Shown in pieces: positions 57,799 to 64,000 of a DNA stretch of 64,000 bases. The translations under genes were made by a program, and so were the position numbers. Position 1 is the stretch's first letter, and every line of letters begins with the position of its first letter. The notes beneath the pieces were generated by a model. The model saw only the letters and a program-made list of their open reading frames with translations, did no database searches and had not been told where the DNA came from. Source of the DNA: Desulfobacterales bacterium (GTDB lineage Bacteria; Desulfobacterota; Desulfobacteria; Desulfobacterales; UBA5616); the NCBI GenBank assembly GCA_046483495.1, contig JAWODC010000077.1, positions 1-64,000 on the forward strand, given 5' to 3'.

Positions 57799-59535
57799 CT
57801 ACATCTGCGTCACCCGAATAACTTCTTCAACGGTTGTAATACCGGAGAGCACCTTGTCGATGCCGTCCATTCGCAGTGTCACCATGCCGCGTTTCAACGC
57901 TTCGGATTTGATCCGATTGGAATCATAGGTCTTCAGGACCAGGCTTTTTAAGCTGCTCTCCAGCACCATGATTTCAAAAATGCCGATGCGTCCCTTAAAG
58001 CCGGTATGAAAACATTCCGGACAGCCCTTGGCGCGATACAAAAGGACATCCTTGACCCGTTCCGGTGAAATGCCGAGGCTTTCAAGGGCGAAATCATCCG
58101 GAGCGTAAGGCTCCTTGCACGCGCGGCATAAAACGCGAACCAGCCGCTGCGCTACGACGCCGAGTACGGATGACGCAATTAAAAACGGTTCTACGCCGAT
58201 ATCCACCAGTCGCGTGATGGCGCTTGCCGAATCGTTGGTGTGAAGCGTCGAAAATACCAGGTGCCCGGTGAGTGCGGACTGAACGGCGATTTCTGCGGTC
58301 TCGCGGTCACGAATTTCCCCCACCAGAATGATATCCGGATCCTGCCGGACAATGGACCGCAGCCCTTTTGCGAATGTCAGGTCGATTTTGGGATTGACCT
58401 GAATCTGGCTGATCCCCTTGAGTTGATACTCAATGGGGTCTTCGATCGTAATGATGTTGATATCGGGTTTGTTCAGCGAGGACAGAACGGCATAAAGGGT
58501 GGTCGTTTTTCCGCTTCCCGTGGGTCCTGTAACGAGAATGATACCGTTTGGAGATGTGACCAGGCGCTCCAGCGCTTCAAGCCGCTGTCTTGTCAATCCC
58601 AGCTCGGGCAGCTTCAGCAGCGAACTGGATTTGTTCAACAGCCTCAGCACCACGCGCTCTCCAAACGTCGTGGGTATGGTGGAAACCCGGATGTCGATTT
58701 CCTGATCACCGATTCTTACATCGATTCGGCCGTCCTGGGGAAGACGTTTTTCGGCGATATTCATCTTTGCCATAACCTTGATGCGTGATGTGAGAGAAGC
58801 CTGAATGCCTTTCGGTGGGGTTAACAGGTCGTATAAAATGCCGTCGACTCGGTATCGCACCTTGAAAATGTCCTGATACGGCTCCACGTGAATATCGCTG
58901 GCCCTTGCTTTTGCAGCCTGTGAAATAATGTGATTGACAAGCTTGATAATCGGGGCATCACTGGTGTCATCCAACAGGTCCGCGGTATCTTCGAATTCAT
59001 TGATTACGATACCGCCGTTTTCCTCCATGTGCTGAACGAGCTGTTCTGCGGAATCCCGTCCTGAATCATACGCGGCGTTAATGGCCGAAAGGATTTCGTG
59101 TTTCGTGGAAAGCACAAGCTTAAAATCGCTCCAGCCCATAAGGTGGGCCAAATCGTCTATGGCATGGAATTGGGCCGGATCACCGGCGGCGATGATGTGA
59201 TCCAATGTCTCGCCGGATGGTGTATCGCCGTTTCCGCCATCCGGGGATTTTGAAGTGATCACCGGAACCAACATATATTTTTTTAAAAATTGAATGGGAA
59301 CGTTTTGGGTGAAATCCGTCTCTTTCTGTTCGGCGACCGGGTTTGTCATTACCGGGAGATCGTGAAGCATGCCGAGGGCTTTTATGTACTGCGGTTCGGA
59401 AATGATCTGCTTCTTAAGCAGGATGTCGCCGAGGCTTCCGCCCTTATCACGTTTGATACGCAGTGCGTCTTCGATTTCCGTATCGGAAATGCCGAATTCG
59501 TCCATTAAAATTTTGGGTAATGTTTGCTGTTCCAT
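57799..59535 (-). CDS. gspE: Type II secretion ATPase
   Basis: ASDIHVEP, EKRLPQDGR, GPTGSGKTTT, EDPIEY, RQDPD, CxxC zinc motifs. Confidence 0.95.
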   Translation of the reverse strand: MEQQTLPKILMDEFGISDTEIEDALRIKRDKGGSLGDILLKKQIISEPQYIKALGMLHDLPVMTNPVAEQKETDFTQNVPIQFLKKYMLVPVITSKSPDGGNGDTPSGETLDHIIAAGDPAQFHAIDDLAHLMGWSDFKLVLSTKHEILSAINAAYDSGRDSAEQLVQHMEENGGIVINEFEDTADLLDDTSDAPIIKLVNHIISQAAKARASDIHVEPYQDIFKVRYRVDGILYDLLTPPKGIQASLTSRIKVMAKMNIAEKRLPQDGRIDVRIGDQEIDIRVSTIPTTFGERVVLRLLNKSSSLLKLPELGLTRQRLEALERLVTSPNGIILVTGPTGSGKTTTLYAVLSSLNKPDINIITIEDPIEYQLKGISQIQVNPKIDLTFAKGLRSIVRQDPDIILVGEIRDRETAEIAVQSALTGHLVFSTLHTNDSASAITRLVDIGVEPFLIASSVLGVVAQRLVRVLCRACKEPYAPDDFALESLGISPERVKDVLLYRAKGCPECFHTGFKGRIGIFEIMVLESSLKSLVLKTYDSNRIKSEALKRGMVTLRMDGIDKVLSGITTVEEVIRVTQM

Positions 59536-59710
59536 GTGCCTCTTTGTTGCCGGTAAACGGCATTCTTTTGCCTGAAGCGGTGTATTTGCTTTTTTGATAA
59601 TCCTCGAAAGGTTCTGGATAGACCCTAACGAAATAGGTGTTAAAGTTCAAATTAAATCGTGAAACGTGACTTCTTTCGGGCGATGAAAGCTTAACGCCGC
59701 AACGGATAGG

Positions 59711-60060
59711 GTCTTAATCCCCCCCATCCCGGCCTTCCCCCTCCAGTGGGGAAGGGGAGTTGTTGCGCCGTGAGTCCAATGATCATAGAGCCTTAATTTT
59801 TAACAAGTCAACAAAAGTGCCGTTCGCTTTGCTCGCGGTTTGTTTTTTGGTCATGGTCATATGTGTCAAGGGGTTGCAATCACCCGTTTGCTTCGCTCAC
59901 GCTTCAAAATATATTTTCAGTATGATTTTCTATTCAAGCGGCGCGAAGCAGCCGCTCGAACGGACTATTAAAAAAAACGAGCATTGGAAAAACTGTCATC
60001 TGCCGCCACATCTCTCCTTCACCCCTGGCGGGGGAAGGCCGGGATGGGGGGGATTAAGAC
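59711..60060. mobile_element. MITE/REP-mosaic-like element, family A (full 350 bp copy)
   Basis: gtcttaatcccccccatcccggccttcccc... / ...ggggaaggccgggatggggggggattaagac terminal inverted repeats. Confidence 0.85.
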
Positions 60061-60075
60061 GAACCCGTTTTTTCA

Positions 60076-62079
60076 CTATTCACCCGATTCCCGCTCGGCA
60101 TCATCCTTGAAAATCATCGGCTCTTTCATCTGCTCCTTGTCATAGAGCTTGATATTGCCTTCCCTGATGGTTTCGATCTGGTCCTTTTTCCCCTTGTAAA
60201 CGTTCTTGGCCTCTTCCGGGTTTTGGATGACATAGGGCTTTAAGAACACGTACAAATTCGTTTTTTCCTCGGCTTTGCCCGTTGATGTAAACAGGTTTCC
60301 GAACAATGGAACACTGCCCAGGCAGGGGGTTTTGTATTCGGTGCCTGAAAAACTGTCGTCGATCAGCCCGCCGATCACGACCGTATTTTGGTCCTGCACG
60401 ATCACCGTAGTGTCTATGGTGCGCTTCAATGTGGTCGGCCTGAACCCGGTGGCGGCGGCCGAGGTCGACTCCAACCGGGACACTTCCTGCGAGATGCTCA
60501 GCCGAACATTGCGGTCCTTGCTGATCTGGGGCGTGATTTTGAGCGTAATGCCCACGTCCTTGTATTCGAATGTTTCATAAAAGACATCGCCGATTGCGTC
60601 GCCGACGCTCACATCGGTTCCTGATTTCGTTTTATACGGGACGTTTTTTCCAACGGTTATGGTCGCCTCCTCATTGTCCGTGGTTAAAATCTGGGGGGTT
60701 GACAGGATGTGCACATCCTTGTCCTTTCGGTATGCACTGACAATCGCACCGATGGTAAATGGAATCCCGCCGAATTCGATGGAACTGTCGATAATGCCCA
60801 GTGAAAGCCCGGGCGGTGGGGTGATGGTGTTGGGCAGAGCGTTGAACCCGGTATCGCCGCCGCCCGTTGCACCGCCGCTGAATCCGCCGAAATACACCGA
60901 GTCATCATCGACATCGTTGCCGGCAATCCACTCGACCCCTAAATTAAAGTCCTTATTCACATTGACTTCCATAATCAGGCATTCGATGTACACCATGGAC
61001 CTGGGTATGTCGAGCTGCCTGATGATATCCTCCAATATCTGGTAGTCATCCTTTTCCGCCATGATAATCAAACTGTTGGTGGGATTGTCCGCCGTGATGC
61101 TGACATTGCCGGAGACTGCGGTTTCTTTGGCCCCGGGTTCGGCCGCCGCGGTGGACTTGCCGGCGACCAGGGCCTGTAGAGAAACCGCCAGATCTTCGGC
61201 ATTGGCATGCTCGAGATAATAAACCCGTATTTTTTCGCTTCCCTTCGGCGTTTCCTTGTCAATCATGGCGATAAGGTTTTTTATTCTTTCCGTTTCCCCC
61301 TCGCCGGCCAATAGCACGATAATGTTGGTCCGCTCGTCCGCAACCATTTTGATGGACTGCATTCCTTCGCCCTTGGCTTGCCGCGGCCCGGTTTCAAATA
61401 CAGCCTCCAGCAGCTGTACGAGCTTCGTCGCATCGGCATACGCTATAGGAATTACAGAAAGCTGCCTCCCGATGTCCGTCACGTCGATGACCTTCAGAAT
61501 GTTCATCAGCCGTTGGATGTTCGAATAAACATCGGTCAGAATCAGCATGTTCGTAGGCTCATAGGAAAGCAGGACGCTGTTTTTGGAAATCAGCGGCGTA
61601 AACAATCGTTTTATTTCTTCCGGATCGGCATACTTTAAGGGAATCAATTGAGTTACGATTTTATCCTCCGGTGATTCCGCTTCGGCTTTCAGCCTTGTGG
61701 TGATATTCTTCGTTCTTGCTTCGGGTGACGGTACAATTTTGATGATTTCACCGGATCTTACCGCGGCGAAATCGTTTACTTCCAGAACCGATTCGAACAC
61801 CTTGTAGGCTTCATCGACGGAAATCTTGCCCGGTGAAATGATGGTAACCTTGCCTCTGACACGCTGGTCGACGACAAAGTTTTTGCCGGTAAGTTCACTG
61901 ATGAACTTGATGAAGACACCGATATCCACATCGTTGAAGTCAATCGACACGTATCTCCCGGACGTATCCGCCCCCTCCGTCGAAGTCGGCTGCGCCTGCG
62001 CCTGGAGAACCGGTGAGTAAATGATCAGGAATACGAAAATAATTAGATTGATAATCGCTGTAAAATAGTATTTAGGCAT
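60076..62079 (-). CDS. gspD: Type II secretion secretin
   Basis: IDFNDVDI, ADERTN, LSTPQILTTDNEEA, YKDVGITLKITPQI, VIGGLI. Confidence 0.95.
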   Translation of the reverse strand: MPKYYFTAIINLIIFVFLIIYSPVLQAQAQPTSTEGADTSGRYVSIDFNDVDIGVFIKFISELTGKNFVVDQRVRGKVTIISPGKISVDEAYKVFESVLEVNDFAAVRSGEIIKIVPSPEARTKNITTRLKAEAESPEDKIVTQLIPLKYADPEEIKRLFTPLISKNSVLLSYEPTNMLILTDVYSNIQRLMNILKVIDVTDIGRQLSVIPIAYADATKLVQLLEAVFETGPRQAKGEGMQSIKMVADERTNIIVLLAGEGETERIKNLIAMIDKETPKGSEKIRVYYLEHANAEDLAVSLQALVAGKSTAAAEPGAKETAVSGNVSITADNPTNSLIIMAEKDDYQILEDIIRQLDIPRSMVYIECLIMEVNVNKDFNLGVEWIAGNDVDDDSVYFGGFSGGATGGGDTGFNALPNTITPPPGLSLGIIDSSIEFGGIPFTIGAIVSAYRKDKDVHILSTPQILTTDNEEATITVGKNVPYKTKSGTDVSVGDAIGDVFYETFEYKDVGITLKITPQISKDRNVRLSISQEVSRLESTSAAATGFRPTTLKRTIDTTVIVQDQNTVVIGGLIDDSFSGTEYKTPCLGSVPLFGNLFTSTGKAEEKTNLYVFLKPYVIQNPEEAKNVYKGKKDQIETIREGNIKLYDKEQMKEPMIFKDDAERESGE

Positions 62080-62254
62080 TGTTCATTTCCGATCTTTTGC
62101 ATTCATTTCTATTGTCATTATCGTTGTCGTTTTGCTTGCGAAAAACGTGTGCCGTCACGAGGCGGCAAAGCGTGGTTCAGAGGCCGGAATGATTCGAAAA
62201 GGCGCAAGTCTGTTGCGGGATTCGAATCGAAGACCCGCCTTCGGACCAACGCCT

Positions 62255-63118
62255 CTACCTGATTTTATATTCGATGGTTCTTTCCCTTCCCCGCCGTTTC
62301 ATGTCAAGAGAAACCGTATCTCCCGAGCTGAGCTGCTGATAAAAACCCATCGCATCTTCCATGGTTTCAATATTTTTTCCGTTGACGCCGGTGATGATGT
62401 CGCCGTTTCGAAGCCCCATTTTTCTAACGATGCTGTTGGGCCTGATGCCGGTGAGGCTGAAACCGTTGGGCTGCCCATTTTCAAAGTGGGGCATGATTCG
62501 AACCTGCTGCATCAGGTTGTTGATATTCTGCATCGCTTCGTCGATTTGCGACCGGTCGAGGGTGATGCTCTGGGTCCCCGGACTCAGCAATCGATGGCGG
62601 CTTATCGGCCTTGCCGCGGCGGTTCTGATTTGCGGCGGTCCTTGCTGGGACTTTTCCATTTCAAGCACCTCGTCGACCTCGTCCCTTGTGAGAACGACCT
62701 TTTCCCTGAGGATCAATTTGATGTCGGCCCCCTGAACCGTGTCGCCTTCCCGATATAAATTCTGTGTGCGGATGTTCGTGTCTTCGATAACGGCATAGGC
62801 TTTTTCCGTTTTGCCGGTGACGGTTCCCCACAGTTTCAGCTGAAGTTCGGTTTTCTCGAGGGCTCCCAAGTCCACCTCTTTTTCAATCTCGTTTTTTTTG
62901 GATGTCACGTTAAGCAGGTTCCGCCCGGCAATTTCAGTGTAATACGTCAGCGGTTGCTGAACGGATTGGGGCTCCTTTTGCTGCCGGTCCAGGGGGGCTG
63001 CAACCGGCAGCGACACCTGCAGTTTTGCGGTTGCGATTCGATAGGCCGTACCGACCCCCAAGTAAGCGGCCAAAATAATTAGAATGCAATTTGCAAGAAC
63101 AAAATAATAACGTATCAT
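62255..63118 (-). CDS. gspC: Type II secretion protein C (HR + PDZ domains)
   Basis: N-terminal TM, LKLWGTV...YAVIE, GLRNGDII PDZ; upstream of gspD. Confidence 0.88.
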   Translation of the reverse strand: MIRYYFVLANCILIILAAYLGVGTAYRIATAKLQVSLPVAAPLDRQQKEPQSVQQPLTYYTEIAGRNLLNVTSKKNEIEKEVDLGALEKTELQLKLWGTVTGKTEKAYAVIEDTNIRTQNLYREGDTVQGADIKLILREKVVLTRDEVDEVLEMEKSQQGPPQIRTAAARPISRHRLLSPGTQSITLDRSQIDEAMQNINNLMQQVRIMPHFENGQPNGFSLTGIRPNSIVRKMGLRNGDIITGVNGKNIETMEDAMGFYQQLSSGDTVSLDMKRRGRERTIEYKIR

Positions 63119-63157
63119 AATGCAACTCGTTTCTACCGATTAAAACCGCCTGGGTTA

Positions 63158-64000
63158 TTATCGAAAAAATACTTCCGGTTGTTCGTAGGTGCCCGTGATC
63201 GTAAACGGAACACCTCCCTGCCTCAGTTTTTGCACCGGAATGATGTTTCCGGCCAGACGTTTGAGAAAGTCATGCCTGGGGGTGACAACCCCGGAAAGAT
63301 TCAAACGGCTTTTCGAAAACGGCTCTGAAAGGGTGATCCCGCCGGTTAGCTCTCCGTCCATCTGCATACCCTGAAATGCGCATTTGCCGATGGAAAGGTT
63401 CCGGTTGGCGAGGGACCCCGCGATATCGACGGTGTTAAAGGTGATATCCCCCAGCCGGATGAAGGACAACGCTATCGGTATGGTCGTATCCGTCAGGTTG
63501 AATGTAAAATCGGCGAAATGATCCGGATTGCCGCTGTTATAGACGATGATTCCATTTAATGTTCCGGATATGTTCGATCGTATCGTCGACTGAATAGACG
63601 GTATACGGTCGATGTGAATGCCGGATACCTCGAATTCGCCCGAAACGGTGCGGCCGGTGGTCTCATCCGCCAAATCGGCGGTTCCGCTGACGGTGCCGCC
63701 ATACATTTTGCTGTTTATTCGAAGCGCGTTATGGGAAGAGAACAGCGTCGAAATGGGCAAACCGACTTTAACGGTATCCGCTGTCGCCAATTCCCGGTTC
63801 GTGCTGAAAATGCTTACATTGGACATGTCGAGTGCAATAGGAAATGCCGGATCGGCATCACCGATCTGCAATTGATAACCCGGCAGGACCCGGATAAATG
63901 TCGTCATCAGGTATTCACGCACGTTTTCAGAGGGAAAACGTGCGTATAAAAAAACCAGGACGGATGCCGATAACGTAAACACATATATAAGCTTGATGTA
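63158..64000 (-). CDS. gspN: Type II secretion protein N (5' end probably outside the window)
   Basis: FLYARFP motif, beta-rich body ending ITGTYEQP; upstream of gspC. Confidence 0.75.
   Translation of the reverse strand, partial: YIKLIYVFTLSASVLVFLYARFPSENVREYLMTTFIRVLPGYQLQIGDADPAFPIALDMSNVSIFSTNRELATADTVKVGLPISTLFSSHNALRINSKMYGGTVSGTADLADETTGRTVSGEFEVSGIHIDRIPSIQSTIRSNISGTLNGIIVYNSGNPDHFADFTFNLTDTTIPIALSFIRLGDITFNTVDIAGSLANRNLSIGKCAFQGMQMDGELTGGITLSEPFSKSRLNLSGVVTPRHDFLKRLAGNIIPVQKLRQGGVPFTITGTYEQPEVFFR

Noticed and set aside
57799..64000. T2SS gene order N-C-D-E as a novelty
   Set aside because: I recall this order as usual for Deltaproteobacteria-type gsp clusters; the remaining genes probably lie beyond the window

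Overview
A gene-dense 64 kb bacterial chromosomal window. Gene content (HdrD/CCG proteins, an ETF-linked membrane Fe-S oxidoreductase, CooC, gspN-C-D-E order) suggests an anaerobic Desulfobacterota/Desulfobacterales-type organism; this is inference. In order it contains: a TetR-controlled RND efflux operon; housekeeping genes (yhbY, dusB, Fe-ADH, a B12 radical SAM enzyme); a small accessory patch (DegT-like protein lacking its catalytic Lys, orphan sigma54 response regulator, IS3-derived ORF); a kinase/USP pair; an HdrC/D-like gene interrupted by an in-frame UGA with an adjacent SECIS-like hairpin (predicted selenoprotein); a fatty-acid/amine catabolic region; a speD-speE-speD-like polyamine operon; an Fe-S oxidoreductase-etfB-etfA operon; a Ski2-like helicase with cooC; a U32 protein; a GT4/methyltransferase pair; a porin; and part of a type II secretion cluster. 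Intergenic DNA carries two families of miniature inverted-repeat elements and many heptamer/hexamer tandem tracts, some with G-quadruplex potential. I recognised no rRNA, tRNA or CRISPR array. All product calls come from motif recognition by eye; no database searches were run.
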